Assembly: GCA_964569695.1 (NCBI GenBank) | Contig: CAZMUA010000013.1 | Span: 20,876 to 84,875 of the forward strand | Source of the DNA: an uncultured Woeseiaceae bacterium | GTDB taxonomy: Bacteria > Acidobacteriota > Vicinamibacteria > Vicinamibacterales > UBA823 | Reading direction: 5' to 3' | Length of the DNA stretch: 64,000 nt | The notes under the pieces: model-generated | What the model was told of the DNA's origin: nothing | The model's database searches: none | Seen by the model: the letters and a program-made list of their open reading frames with translations, nothing else | Made by a program: the position numbers and the translations under genes | In this document: in pieces, positions 10,779 through 21,126 of the stretch | Position numbering within the stretch: the first letter of the stretch is position 1 | Layout: the number at the start of each line of letters is the position of its first letter

Positions 10779-11894
10779 CTAAAACATTCGGCTGACGAGC
10801 TCTCCAATCACGTAACCAACAGCGGCAACTCCGATTCCAACAACGAACATATCCCGTCCGCTGACCCAGATACCCCGACCTGTAAAAAGACTTCGTGCAG
10901 CACCTACAGCAAAATGGGCTGACATCGAAGCTATGAAAGAAACCCATTTGGCTGACTCCATTGGTAGTATGAGAAACGGGACAATGGGAATGAAGGCACC
11001 AACAGCAGTTGCACTTCCGGTCACCCAACCGTCAGCCATCGGAGCCAAGTCTGCCGCTTTAAGGTTTAGTTCCTCACGAACTTTCGCCTCAAGTGCTCCT
11101 GCAGGTTCCTTCATGATGAGTCGCGCGATTTCTCTTGCGGTGTCGATAGGTAAACCCTTGGCTTCGTAAATGAGCGCAAGTTCTTCTTGTTCAATGTCCG
11201 GCATCAATTCCAGTTCGTGCCGCTCCATTTCAACCTGGTGTGCGTAAACTTCCGCTTCACTCTTAGCTGCTAAATAGCCACTTGCCCCCATCGAAAGCGC
11301 GTCGGCAATCGCCCCGGCAATACCGGTTATCATCACCACTGCTGGCGAAACACTCGCACCAATTACACCAGCGACTAAACCAAAATTTGCTGTTAGACCA
11401 TCATTAAAACCGTAGACAACACAACGAAGATAACCACTGACGGCTCCTCCGTGCCATGGTTCGCTATCACGCCCGAGCAAGACTGAGAGTTCACGAGCAT
11501 GCTCGGCAGTTTCAGCGGCAATCCGAAATGCTTCCTCGTGCAAACGCGCCGGCCCTGCACCGGACGCGAGCTGTAAATATGCATTCACTTCGCGTCCTTC
11601 TTCGGCCAAGATCATCGGCAGGACCGTATTCACACCGAATCGACGCGCCGTCCAAGCTAATCCTCTAGTTCGCCATGAGGGTGCCCATGCCGGTAATACC
11701 CGACCGTGTTCTTTAAATAAATCCACCCATCGGGCGACGTGTCGATCCTCTACTTCGGCAAGACGCGTGAATAAGTCACGACGTTTCGAATCATGCTCTA
11801 GATCACTAAGGGTGCGGTATAAAAAGCCTGCATCTCTTTCGTCACGGTAATGCTCATCCCAACTTTGATTAGAGTCCGTATTAGTAGCTGTCAT
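10779..11894 (-). CDS. Ferritin/rubrerythrin-like N-terminal domain + VIT1/CCC1 iron/manganese transporter
   Basis: Two E...ExxH sets (EVEDRH, ETAEH); VIT1 motifs VVYGFNDGL and ALSMGASGYLAAKSE; Glu-rich cytosolic linker; C-terminal TM helices. Confidence 0.9.
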   Translation of the reverse strand: MTATNTDSNQSWDEHYRDERDAGFLYRTLSDLEHDSKRRDLFTRLAEVEDRHVARWVDLFKEHGRVLPAWAPSWRTRGLAWTARRFGVNTVLPMILAEEGREVNAYLQLASGAGPARLHEEAFRIAAETAEHARELSVLLGRDSEPWHGGAVSGYLRCVVYGFNDGLTANFGLVAGVIGASVSPAVVMITGIAGAIADALSMGASGYLAAKSEAEVYAHQVEMERHELELMPDIEQEELALIYEAKGLPIDTAREIARLIMKEPAGALEAKVREELNLKAADLAPMADGWVTGSATAVGAFIPIVPFLILPMESAKWVSFIASMSAHFAVGAARSLFTGRGIWVSGRDMFVVGIGVAAVGYVIGELVSRMF

Positions 11895-12610
11895 TCTTGC
11901 GCATCCACCTCATGCAGGGTGTACGTCACCGCTGCTGTCCCTTCAGCTTCAACAGTGACAGTGTGATTACTCACACCGAAATACTCATGCCAAATACGAA
12001 TGTCGTAAGTCCCTGCGGGAATGTTATCAAATACGAATGCTCCCTCTGAGGTAGTTACCGCTGAAAGATCAGTTGGCGCGATGACGAACCCACGCATCCA
12101 AGTGTGTGTGTCACAGACTAGTCGAATGACACCTCTAGCTGTTAGTTGTCGAGTGATCGTTAATCCAGGAATCGGAATCGCGACGTTGAAGAGAGACCGG
12201 TCGTCGTCAGCGTAAGCGTGACTTGTGTGCAACACTTCATCGACACTTGTGATCTGGATTTCACCACCTGCACGTCCAAGTTGCACTCGAGGTGAGAATT
12301 GACATCCAACATTCGTGATCGTTGGAGAAACAGCTTCATCCGCTGGCAACCCCACCACCGTCACGACTGCATTAGCCAGTCCACCTAATGCATCGACGAG
12401 CAGAGACTCGTCCGGCACTTCCTGACCGCAGACATCCTGATTTGTCGTGACCGTCAAAGAAGGCAATGGTCCAACGGCCGACGTGCTGACGCGGCCAACA
12501 ATTTTGCCCAGTGACTGTCCATGTAAGCTAGCCACCGAAAAAACGATCACGAGTGCAACACAATTTGCTGCGCTTATGGCGCTGCGCGAATAGGATCGAG
12601 ATACTCCCAT
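11891..12610 (-). CDS. Exported cupredoxin-like (amicyanin/MauL-type Cu motif) protein with a carboxypeptidase-regulatory-like beta-sandwich
   Basis: Hydrophobic N-terminus; CQFSP, LHTSH, CDTHTWM (C-x2-H-x2-M); GAFVFDNIPAGTYDIRIWHE. Confidence 0.72.
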   Translation of the reverse strand: MGVSRSYSRSAISAANCVALVIVFSVASLHGQSLGKIVGRVSTSAVGPLPSLTVTTNQDVCGQEVPDESLLVDALGGLANAVVTVVGLPADEAVSPTITNVGCQFSPRVQLGRAGGEIQITSVDEVLHTSHAYADDDRSLFNVAIPIPGLTITRQLTARGVIRLVCDTHTWMRGFVIAPTDLSAVTTSEGAFVFDNIPAGTYDIRIWHEYFGVSNHTVTVEAEGTAAVTYTLHEVDAQE

Positions 12611-13638
12611 ATCAGATACCCAACTCCTTGTACGTGCTGGCGTTGTCTGTTAAGAATCGGAATGCGTACGCCTAGGGCAATCGCTATCGCGCCTGTACGT
12701 GTAATACCTTTTCTAATCTGTGGCGTGATCGCGAGTCTATCACTGACACCATTAAGTTCTGCACCAACAGTCCAAGTACTAGGCAGTCCTGAAAGGTCTT
12801 TACCAGCATACAGGTTGTAGACAAACTCCAGTTCATCACTGGCTCCCCCAACAGGAAGCTCCAATTTCACCTGACCTTGGATAATCAAGTCTCGCACGCT
12901 AACTCCACTAGAAAGATAAGGCTCAAAGACGGTGGTACCACCACCGAGCCCACTCAACTCACTTCCCGTGGGAAACTTCACCTCTAATCCACCACTAAGA
13001 ATGCGAGTGGATGCCTCATTCGCATGCAGAACATACTTACCGGCAACAGTGAAGTCCCCGAAGCCTGAAGTTCGCCGTGATCCGTCCACTAAACTTTGGA
13101 CAGGAATGCCAATCTCGGCATGGCCTCGTCGGCCAATCCTCCGCTCATAAACCGTTCGAAGCCTCAGGTCAGTGCCACCATCAGCCTTATGCGAAACGCT
13201 TGGCACAATGACGACCTCATTCTCTGGAAAAGCCTTTTCGGTGAAAATGGGTCGAGAAAAATTTAGATTACCTATCGGCCAGCCTGGCTCGTCACAAAAT
13301 GATCTGACGTAACCCACTAGGACCTGAATCTGTTCAGAAGAGAGTGTGTCACCATACCCTGGCATCTGCGACGATAGACCTGCAATTGGACCACCATGAG
13401 CAATCACCAGTTCCCAGTCCGCATCAGGTTCAGATGTCGTTACCGCACAGTCTGTGAAGTCCATTGGCTCAACGGTCACGGTCGGCACCTCAACCAGACC
13501 GGTACCATCCAGAGCATGACAACTCGCGCACCACGCTCCGTACATTTCTGAAGGATCGGTAGGAATCTGTGCACCACAGATTGAAGCGCAACAAAACACA
13601 CTCACAAACACTACCCTTGGCACATAACTCAAGCGCAC
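12574..13638 (-). CDS. Monoheme class I cytochrome c fused to a C-terminal putative outer-membrane beta-barrel
   Basis: Signal peptide; CASCH; distal MPGYG; LSSEQIQVLVGYVRSF helix; C-terminal ~240 aa of alternating amphipathic beta-strands (GFGDFTVAGKY, GLEVKFPTG, GYLIWEY). Confidence 0.75.
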   Translation of the reverse strand: MRLSYVPRVVFVSVFCCASICGAQIPTDPSEMYGAWCASCHALDGTGLVEVPTVTVEPMDFTDCAVTTSEPDADWELVIAHGGPIAGLSSQMPGYGDTLSSEQIQVLVGYVRSFCDEPGWPIGNLNFSRPIFTEKAFPENEVVIVPSVSHKADGGTDLRLRTVYERRIGRRGHAEIGIPVQSLVDGSRRTSGFGDFTVAGKYVLHANEASTRILSGGLEVKFPTGSELSGLGGGTTVFEPYLSSGVSVRDLIIQGQVKLELPVGGASDELEFVYNLYAGKDLSGLPSTWTVGAELNGVSDRLAITPQIRKGITRTGAIAIALGVRIPILNRQRQHVQGVGYLIWEYLDPIRAAP

Positions 13639-13644
13639 AGGCGC

Positions 13645-13673
13645 ACTATAGACACTTCAAGTGCGTCAAACAA
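13645..13673 (-). promoter_or_regulatory. Putative sigma70 promoter of the cytochrome operon (possibly leaderless)
   Basis: Minus strand TTGTTT-N17-TATAGT-N6-GTG start; the spacer holds a CACTT-n-AAGTG palindrome; no SD. Confidence 0.45.
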
Positions 13674-13699
13674 CTACTGATTTGTTCTTAAAGTCAGAC

Positions 13700-13714
13700 T
13701 GAGACTCAATCTCC
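13700..13714. promoter_or_regulatory. Fur/Irr-like 7-1-7 box
   Basis: TGAGACT-C-AATCTCC vs TGAGAAT-n-ATTCTCA (11/14 match), upstream of an operon ending in VIT1. Confidence 0.3.
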
Positions 13715-13757
13715 TCACTGGGTAACGACCAGAACAGGCAGAAGCGGTTGCAGACAG

Positions 13758-15599
13758 CTATAAGTTCGATGAGTTCTTCGACACAACCTTGGGCACATCA
13801 GGCAAATTAGGAGTGAAATCTTCTCCTGGGTTTATGAATCGATCGCGTTCCAGTTTGTACTGGGTCTCATAAAGCCGATGGTATCGTCCTGATTTCTCAA
13901 GCAAACTGCGATGCGTACCGCGTTCGACAATGCAACCATCCTCAATGACCAAAATTTGATCAGCGCTTTGAATGGTCGACAAACGATGCGCAATAACTAA
14001 CGTTGTCCGACCATGACGTAACGATCTCAGGCCGTCCTGAATCATGGCTTCACTCTCACTATCGAGGCTTGATGTTGCTTCGTCAAGAATCAGAAGTCTC
14101 GGATCGGCCAAAATCGCTCGCGCAATGGCAATCCGCTGCCGTTGTCCACCGGATAATCTGATACCGCGTTCCCCAACAACTGTTTCGTAACCCTTCTCAA
14201 AATTAAGGACAAATTCTTCACAATGCGCAAGACGACCAACCGTTCGAATCTCTTCCAGCGAGGCGTCCATTCGAGCAAATCTAATGTTGTCAGCAACAGT
14301 TCCATCGAATAAAAAATTTTCTTGCAGCACAACCCCCAAGTGCTTCCGATAGTCACGTAACTTCACCGCTTCCAAATCTAGCCCATCTACCAAAATTCGG
14401 CCCTGTTGTGGTCGATTAAACGCCATTACTAGACTAATGAGCGTGCTTTTTCCGGACCCACTAGATCCCACCAACGCAGTCGTCGTCCCGGCTGGCACCT
14501 TGAAAGATAAATTCCGCAAAACTGGAACTCCAGCCGTGTACTCAAAACTAATGTCCTCGCAGGTCACCTCACCTCGCACATTGGGAAGTGGTCGGCGATG
14601 CTCATCTTCTTCGTCCTCGGTAGCCATTCGTCGGATTTCTTGAATCCGATCAAGACCGGCAAAAGCTTCGGTGATCTGGGTCCCAATTGAGGCGATCTGA
14701 ACAAGAGGTGCGGCCATCAAACCCGTAAAGAAAATGTATGCGATCAAATCACCTAGCGTCATGGTCTTGGAAAGAATCGCATTTCCACCAATAACAATGA
14801 TCAGCATGCCAATAATGCCGATGGCCACTGTCGACACCGCGGTAATACCAGACACACCAGTAACTGTTTTAGCAACGTTACGTAACAATCCATGAACACC
14901 ATGCGCGAATACACGCTGCTCCCTCTTCTCGACGGTATAGGCCTTGACAATGCGAATCCCGCCAAGAGTTTCATTTAGACGTCCAGTTACCTCAGCGTTG
15001 ATCTTGCCTCGTTCACGAAATAGAGGCCGCAATCGCCTGAAAGCTATCGCCATGGCACTGGCAAATCCTAACAAAATCACCAGAGTGACTGAGGTCAGTT
15101 GCCAATTTAGATAAAACAAAACAGCGAGTGCGATGAATGCGGTGACAAGACCACCTGTCAACTGCACCAATCCTGTTCCAACCAAATTTCGAATTCCCTC
15201 GGCATCAGTCATGATCCTAGAAATGAGCACGCCGGTTTTAGTCGAATCAAAGTAACCGATCGGTAAACGAGTGACATGGGCTTGCACCCGTTTTCGCATC
15301 TCTGTAATTCCACGCTGCGCCGCAACCCCCAAGACTTGGGATAAAGCAAACGAAGTGGTCGCCTGTATAAGGGTCGCTCCACCGACGGCCAAGGCGAGTG
15401 TAGTTAACAGCTCACCTCTCTGGTTAGCAATGACCTCATCAATTAAGAATTTTGAAGAACCTGGCAACACAAGGCCCGCCAGACGATTGGTTAGCATTAA
15501 GACCATCCCAAATGCTAGACGCCGGCGATAACGCCATAAGAGTTCTTTAGCTTCCGTCCAAGCGCCGCTCGAAAATCGAGACTTCGTGTCACGCAACAT
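13758..15599 (-). CDS. ABC exporter, fused permease/ATPase (MsbA/Sav1866 class)
   Basis: N-terminal TM domain; GSSGSGKS, LSGGQRQR, LILDEATS, IAHR. Confidence 0.93.
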   Translation of the reverse strand: MLRDTKSRFSSGAWTEAKELLWRYRRRLAFGMVLMLTNRLAGLVLPGSSKFLIDEVIANQRGELLTTLALAVGGATLIQATTSFALSQVLGVAAQRGITEMRKRVQAHVTRLPIGYFDSTKTGVLISRIMTDAEGIRNLVGTGLVQLTGGLVTAFIALAVLFYLNWQLTSVTLVILLGFASAMAIAFRRLRPLFRERGKINAEVTGRLNETLGGIRIVKAYTVEKREQRVFAHGVHGLLRNVAKTVTGVSGITAVSTVAIGIIGMLIIVIGGNAILSKTMTLGDLIAYIFFTGLMAAPLVQIASIGTQITEAFAGLDRIQEIRRMATEDEEDEHRRPLPNVRGEVTCEDISFEYTAGVPVLRNLSFKVPAGTTTALVGSSGSGKSTLISLVMAFNRPQQGRILVDGLDLEAVKLRDYRKHLGVVLQENFLFDGTVADNIRFARMDASLEEIRTVGRLAHCEEFVLNFEKGYETVVGERGIRLSGGQRQRIAIARAILADPRLLILDEATSSLDSESEAMIQDGLRSLRHGRTTLVIAHRLSTIQSADQILVIEDGCIVERGTHRSLLEKSGRYHRLYETQYKLERDRFINPGEDFTPNLPDVPKVVSKNSSNL

Positions 15600-15693
15600 G
15601 TAACATCCCCATTGTCAGTCTGAATTTTCGTGTAACCTGTTGGATTAGCATGCGGTACACTCATCATCCGATGATTTTTGTCTGGAGGCAACT

Positions 15694-17103
15694 TTGTTTA
15701 CAACACCTCGACAATTCCCACTTGTGCTCATAGCAACTTGCTTCCTGGCTATAACCGTGCATGAAGAATCATTTAGAGCCTCAAGTGACACGCAGCCGTC
15801 TGCAACCTGGCTGGAAGAGTACCGAGAACCGGCCAGTCGAATCATTGGCGAAGCTCTTTCAGACACCTTTGCCTACCGAAGACTCGCTGAACTTGGTGAT
15901 ACGTTTGGCCATCGATTGAGTGGTTCGCCTCAGTTAGAGCGCGCGATCCAGTGGGCTGCTGACCAAATGCGGATTGACGGATTAGAGAGCGTCCGTCTCG
16001 AACCCGTCATGGTGCCACACTGGGTACGCGGCCATGAACGCGCAACTCTCGTCAGACCAGAACCGCAAGACCTAGTCATGCTTGGACTCGGCGGCAGTAT
16101 AGGCACACCGCCAGAAGGTATCGAAGCCTCCACAATCGTCGTAAATAGCTTCGATGAACTTGATGCATTATCGCAGGATATAGAAGGCAAAATCGTTGTG
16201 TACAACGTTCCATTCACGAACTATGGGCAGACTGTCCGTTACCGTACAACCGGAGCCTCACGAGCCGCACGTCATGGCGCAGTAGCTGCTTTGGTCCGCT
16301 CAGTCGGCCCCACAGGATTTCGAACGCCCCACACCGGAAATATGGGATACACAGAACGCGATCCAAAAATCCCAATGGCTGCTATAACTGCGGAAGACGC
16401 TGAACTTCTGCAGCGCCTGCAGGACAAAAATATGCCAGCCGTGGTTAACCTCATGATGGAAGCCCACACCCTTCCAGATGCTGAGTCAGCAAATGTCATT
16501 GGCGAAATCCGTGGACGAGAATTACCAGATGAAGTCGTCGTCATTGGAGGACACATCGATTCATGGGACGTCGGGACAGGTTCAACTGATGATGGCGGCG
16601 GTTCAATCGCAACATGGGACGCACTCAGAATCATCAAACGCTTGAACTTGAGACCGCGACGCACCTTAAGAGTCGTCCTGTGGACGAATGAAGAGAACGG
16701 CTTTCGCGGTGCATTCGCATATCGAGACCGCTACCGCGAGGCGCTTCCGAATCACGTAATGATGCTGGAGTCAGACTCCGGTGTTTTCGAACCGAGAGGA
16801 TTCGGTTTTACTGGCAGTGACCGTGCACGAACGACCGTCACTGAAATCGCGTCCTTGCTACAAGGAGTCGGCGCCAGTTGGATTGGGCCAAACGGTGGAG
16901 GTGCCGATATAGGCCCGAGTGTTCGCGCAGCCAATATACCCGCCATGTCGTTGGCTGTCGACGAATCACGGTACTTTTCGATTCACCATACGCCGGCTGA
17001 CACCATCGACAAGATTAACCCAACCGACCTAGCGCGAAATGTTGCTGCAATCGCTGTAATGGCCTACGTTGTCGCTGACATGCCAACAAGGCTCGGAAAA
17101 TAG
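15694..17103 (+). CDS. Exported M28 metallopeptidase (carboxypeptidase Q-like, PA domain)
   Basis: GHRLSGS, GHIDSWD, DDGGG, NEENG, ESDSG, HHTPAD; GGAGG SD before TTG. Confidence 0.9.
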   Translation: MFTTPRQFPLVLIATCFLAITVHEESFRASSDTQPSATWLEEYREPASRIIGEALSDTFAYRRLAELGDTFGHRLSGSPQLERAIQWAADQMRIDGLESVRLEPVMVPHWVRGHERATLVRPEPQDLVMLGLGGSIGTPPEGIEASTIVVNSFDELDALSQDIEGKIVVYNVPFTNYGQTVRYRTTGASRAARHGAVAALVRSVGPTGFRTPHTGNMGYTERDPKIPMAAITAEDAELLQRLQDKNMPAVVNLMMEAHTLPDAESANVIGEIRGRELPDEVVVIGGHIDSWDVGTGSTDDGGGSIATWDALRIIKRLNLRPRRTLRVVLWTNEENGFRGAFAYRDRYREALPNHVMMLESDSGVFEPRGFGFTGSDRARTTVTEIASLLQGVGASWIGPNGGGADIGPSVRAANIPAMSLAVDESRYFSIHHTPADTIDKINPTDLARNVAAIAVMAYVVADMPTRLGK

Positions 17104-17155
17104 AGGGCAGTCTCGGGCTCGTGGATTCAATGTTGCTTGAACAAGCCTCGTTAGT

Positions 17156-18208
17156 TTAGGTTTTGCGACCTGCTCTATTTTTCGCCCAGTCTACGTGTTC
17201 GATCACAAGCGGATCGTTACATGAGGGTGATTCAGGTGGGTTTTCATCAAGCACTGCTAGCCCCTCAGGAGTAGCGCTATTACCAAGTGCCACTGCTACG
17301 TTACGTCGCCAACGGACGACACTGGCTCTCTTAAGAGCACTTCCCTTCAGTGTCCTACGCCACTCAACATCAGACCGTTGCCAGAGATCTACTAGTTGAG
17401 GCTGATCAAACGAAGTGCGGGGTAGAAATTCGGTTCCGGAAGATTGAACGGGTGGCTTCGCATTCCAAGGACAAACATCCTGACAGATATCGCAACCAAA
17501 GACATTTGCTCCAATAGCTTGTCGGTACGATTCTGGAATGGAATCTTTGTTTTCAATCGTTAAATAAGCGAGACATCGTGTTGAATCCAAAACCCAAGGT
17601 TCAGTTAAAGCATCGGTTGGACAAGCCTCAAGACAGAGACTGCAAGTGCCACACTGATCAAGGGCTGGTGGGTCAGGGACAAGGGGCAGATTACTGATGA
17701 TTTCGGATAAGTACAACCATGAACCAAGGTCTGAATTTATGACGCAAGTGTTCTTCCCGATCCATCCGAGGCCAGCATGTTGGGCATATACACGTTCCTG
17801 CACAGGACCAGTATCAACATAAGCTTTAGCCTCAAAAGCAGTGCTGTGCTCCTCGCGCATCCACTTCAACAACTTCTCGGTTCGATGACCGACGATGGTA
17901 TGGTAATCCTCACCCCAAGCATAGCGAGCAATTTTCCCAATGCTTTCATCAGCTACTTCTGTCGAGTAAGGTCGGTCGACATTGTAGATTGTTGCGAGAG
18001 CTACAACAGTTTTCGCCGACGGTAGTACGTTGCGTACGTCTGCCCGTCGCTTGGCTGTGCGAGACAGGTAATCCATCGTCCCTGCATAACCTTGATCGAT
18101 CCACTCCTTCAAGTAACCCAACTCTGGCAAACTTGTGGCGGGCGCAATGCCACACAGATCGAAACCGAGTTCCGTCGCGTGAGCTTTAATTGCTGCTGCA
18201 GTCACCAT
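17156..18208 (-). CDS. queG: Epoxyqueuosine reductase
   Basis: ARYAWGEDYH, VDTGPVQER, GWIGKN, CGTCSLCLEACPT, GCDICQDVCPWN; start probably ATG 18208. Confidence 0.95.
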   Translation of the reverse strand: MVTAAAIKAHATELGFDLCGIAPATSLPELGYLKEWIDQGYAGTMDYLSRTAKRRADVRNVLPSAKTVVALATIYNVDRPYSTEVADESIGKIARYAWGEDYHTIVGHRTEKLLKWMREEHSTAFEAKAYVDTGPVQERVYAQHAGLGWIGKNTCVINSDLGSWLYLSEIISNLPLVPDPPALDQCGTCSLCLEACPTDALTEPWVLDSTRCLAYLTIENKDSIPESYRQAIGANVFGCDICQDVCPWNAKPPVQSSGTEFLPRTSFDQPQLVDLWQRSDVEWRRTLKGSALKRASVVRWRRNVAVALGNSATPEGLAVLDENPPESPSCNDPLVIEHVDWAKNRAGRKT

Positions 18209-18256
18209 TACGACAGTCGTAATATGGAATCCCAAACAAAATCAATTGGAACTCGG

Positions 18257-20941
18257 TTAACCGTTCACGAGTTGCCGGAGGACATACGGTAGGATGCCAC
18301 CATGCTTATACGATTCGAGCTCCTCAGGGGTGTCGATCCTGACCGTGGTCTTGAATGAGTCTGTTGAACCGTCGGTTTTCGTGACATTGATAGTCACTTG
18401 GCCTCGTGGTGTTAAGCCTTCAGCGATCCCTTCTATATCAAGTGTTTCACGTCCTGTGAGGCTATACGTTTGAGCCGACTCCCCATTCTTGAACTCCAGT
18501 GGTAAGACGCCCATGTTGACCAGATTACTTCGGTGAATTCGTTCGAAGCTCTCGGCAATCACCGCACGTACACCCAATAACCGTGTTCCCTTGGCCGCCC
18601 AATCACGAGAAGACCCCGAGCCATATTCTTTACCAGCCAAAATTAAGAGTGGCACATCAGACGACTTGTAACTCATGGCAGCATCGTAAATTGACAACAG
18701 TTCATCCTGTGGCTGTAGCCGTGTCCAGCCACCTTCTGTTCCAGGAGCTAATTGGTTGCGAAGTCGGATATTGCCAAATGTTCCACGCATCATGACATTG
18801 TGATTACCTCGACGAGCTCCGTACGAGTTAAAATCCTCAACCCTCACACCTTGAGTTAACAAATACTTTCCAGCCGGACTGTCAGCAGGAATAGCGCCAG
18901 CCGGTGATATGTGATCAGTCGTCACGCTATCGCCAAGCATAGCCAACACACGAGCCTCGCTGATGTCCAGAAGCGGTGGAGGTGTCATCTCAAGGCCATC
19001 GAAAAATGGTGGGTTACATATGTAAGTGGAGTCAGCATCCCAGTTAAATTGCTGAGCCTTCAGTGTCGGTAGTTGACGCCAACGTTCATCACCTTCGAAT
19101 ACTCCAGCATAGGAAGACTTGAACATTTCCGTCCGCAACACCACGTCAGATACATCCTGTATTTCCGCAGCCGATGGCCAGATGTCATAGAGAAAAACAT
19201 CGCAATTCTTCGCATCTTGTCCAAGTGGCTCAGTAGTAAGATCCACCGTCATTGAACCTGCCAGTGCATAGGCCACAACAAGCGGCGGCGAAGCAAGATA
19301 GTTCGTACGAATCTGTGATTGAATACGACCTTCGAAGTTGCGGTTGCCACTCAACACCGATGCAACCACCAACTTACGCTCCGTAATTGCAGTCGAGACC
19401 GCCTTTGGTAATGGCCCAGAGTTTCCAATACAAGTTGTGCAACCATAACCCACGAGATGGAACCCTAGCTGGTCGAGATAGTCCAGGAGACCAGCAGCAG
19501 CAAGATACTCTGTGACAACCAAGGAACCTGGTGCAAAACTGGTTTTTACCCAAGGTTTTACTTTCAAACCACGCTCGACTGCTTTCTTAGCCAGTAATCC
19601 AGCACCGATCATCACGCTAGGGTTCGATGTATTGGTGCAACTGGTTATCGCCGCTACGACAACGGCGCCATGATCGATGTTGTCTGACGATTTCGAGGAA
19701 TTCATCAAACTGCTATCAGACTTGTAATCTGGATCGGTCACCATAGAATCGACGACATCATTAAACTCATCTTTGGCGCGACTGAGTGACACACGGTCTT
19801 GCGGCCGTCGAGGACCAGCCAAACTTGGCTCGATCGAGGTAAGATCGAAATCGATAGTGTCGCCATAGACTGCCTCGGACTCCACTTCACGGAACAAGCC
19901 TTGTGTCTTCGCATAACTTTCCACTAAACGAATATGGTGAGGATCGCGCCCGGTCAGACGAAGATAGTCCAGCGTCAAGTCATCAATCGGAAATACCGCA
20001 ACTGTCGCACCGTACTCGGGCGACATATTGCCCAACGTCGCCCGGTCAGCCAAAGTTAGGTGTGCCAATCCAGAACCATAAAACTCAACGAATTTACCCA
20101 CTACACCGTACTGTCTCAAGCGTTCCGTCATCGCCAACACGAGGTCAGTAGCCGTCACGCCTTCAGCGAGACGTCCGAACAGATGAACACCTATTACATC
20201 AGGGATAAGCATTGAAATCGGTTGTCCAAGCATTGCGGCTTCAGCTTCTATACCACCAACTCCCCAACCGACCACTCCAAGCCCATTGACCATCGTTGTG
20301 TGCGAATCCGTCCCAACAAGAGTGTCAGGATATGCGACATTCACGCCCTCAACTTTCTTCAAACACACGACGTGCGCTAAGTATTCAAGATTGACCTGAT
20401 GCACAATACCGGTATCTGGAGGTACTACAGAAAAATTGTTGAAGGCATTCTGCCCCCATCGTAAGAATGCATACCTTTCTCTGTTTCGAGAAAATTCTAG
20501 TTCTGCATTTAGTTGAAAGGCTTCGGGTTTGCCGTAGTGGTCCACCTGCACAGAGTGATCAATGACAAGATCTACCGGCTGTCTCGGGTTAACCCGTGCC
20601 GGATCACCACCTAGACGCGCAACCCCATCCCGCATCGCAGCCAAGTCCACCACAGCCGGGACACCGGTAAAGTCCTGCAGCAAAACACGCGCTGGTGTAA
20701 ATGCAATTTCCTGGTGATGACCGGCGCTAACATCCCAGTCAGCGAGGGCAACTATATCTTCTCGAGTTACTGCCCGGCCATCTTCACACCGCAACAAATT
20801 CTCAAGGAGAATCTTGAGGGCATAGGGAAGACGAGCGACGGAGCCAATGCCTGAATCTTCAAGCGCACGTAAGCTATAAAATTCGACCGTATCCCCATCG
20901 ACGGTCATCTTAGAACGTGTGTTCAAAACATTGTTCGTCAA
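18257..20941 (-). CDS. acnA: Aconitate hydratase A
   Basis: [60 protein letters not shown]. Confidence 0.98.
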   Translation of the reverse strand: MTNNVLNTRSKMTVDGDTVEFYSLRALEDSGIGSVARLPYALKILLENLLRCEDGRAVTREDIVALADWDVSAGHHQEIAFTPARVLLQDFTGVPAVVDLAAMRDGVARLGGDPARVNPRQPVDLVIDHSVQVDHYGKPEAFQLNAELEFSRNRERYAFLRWGQNAFNNFSVVPPDTGIVHQVNLEYLAHVVCLKKVEGVNVAYPDTLVGTDSHTTMVNGLGVVGWGVGGIEAEAAMLGQPISMLIPDVIGVHLFGRLAEGVTATDLVLAMTERLRQYGVVGKFVEFYGSGLAHLTLADRATLGNMSPEYGATVAVFPIDDLTLDYLRLTGRDPHHIRLVESYAKTQGLFREVESEAVYGDTIDFDLTSIEPSLAGPRRPQDRVSLSRAKDEFNDVVDSMVTDPDYKSDSSLMNSSKSSDNIDHGAVVVAAITSCTNTSNPSVMIGAGLLAKKAVERGLKVKPWVKTSFAPGSLVVTEYLAAAGLLDYLDQLGFHLVGYGCTTCIGNSGPLPKAVSTAITERKLVVASVLSGNRNFEGRIQSQIRTNYLASPPLVVAYALAGSMTVDLTTEPLGQDAKNCDVFLYDIWPSAAEIQDVSDVVLRTEMFKSSYAGVFEGDERWRQLPTLKAQQFNWDADSTYICNPPFFDGLEMTPPPLLDISEARVLAMLGDSVTTDHISPAGAIPADSPAGKYLLTQGVRVEDFNSYGARRGNHNVMMRGTFGNIRLRNQLAPGTEGGWTRLQPQDELLSIYDAAMSYKSSDVPLLILAGKEYGSGSSRDWAAKGTRLLGVRAVIAESFERIHRSNLVNMGVLPLEFKNGESAQTYSLTGRETLDIEGIAEGLTPRGQVTINVTKTDGSTDSFKTTVRIDTPEELESYKHGGILPYVLRQLVNG

Positions 20942-21126
20942 GAAAACTCCTCATTACGCTCGCCTGTGTTGTCAATGGTCAAGAGGCAGATAGGCAACTG
21001 CTGCGTAAAGGTATTCTGTCTCACTTCGAGAATACCATCTTCGTGCAGATATCGAAGCCCTTCGCTCTCAATCCCACGCAAACAAAAAGGCACTTTCAAC
21101 GAAAGAGTAGGCGCGATGGAGCATCG

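Noticed and set aside
12574-13638. Calling the cytochrome-barrel fusion Cyc2 itself
   Set aside because: It lacks the Cyc2 N-terminal pattern (FAR..CxxCH..P.L), has a full class I cytochrome domain and a shorter barrel; treated as an analog only.
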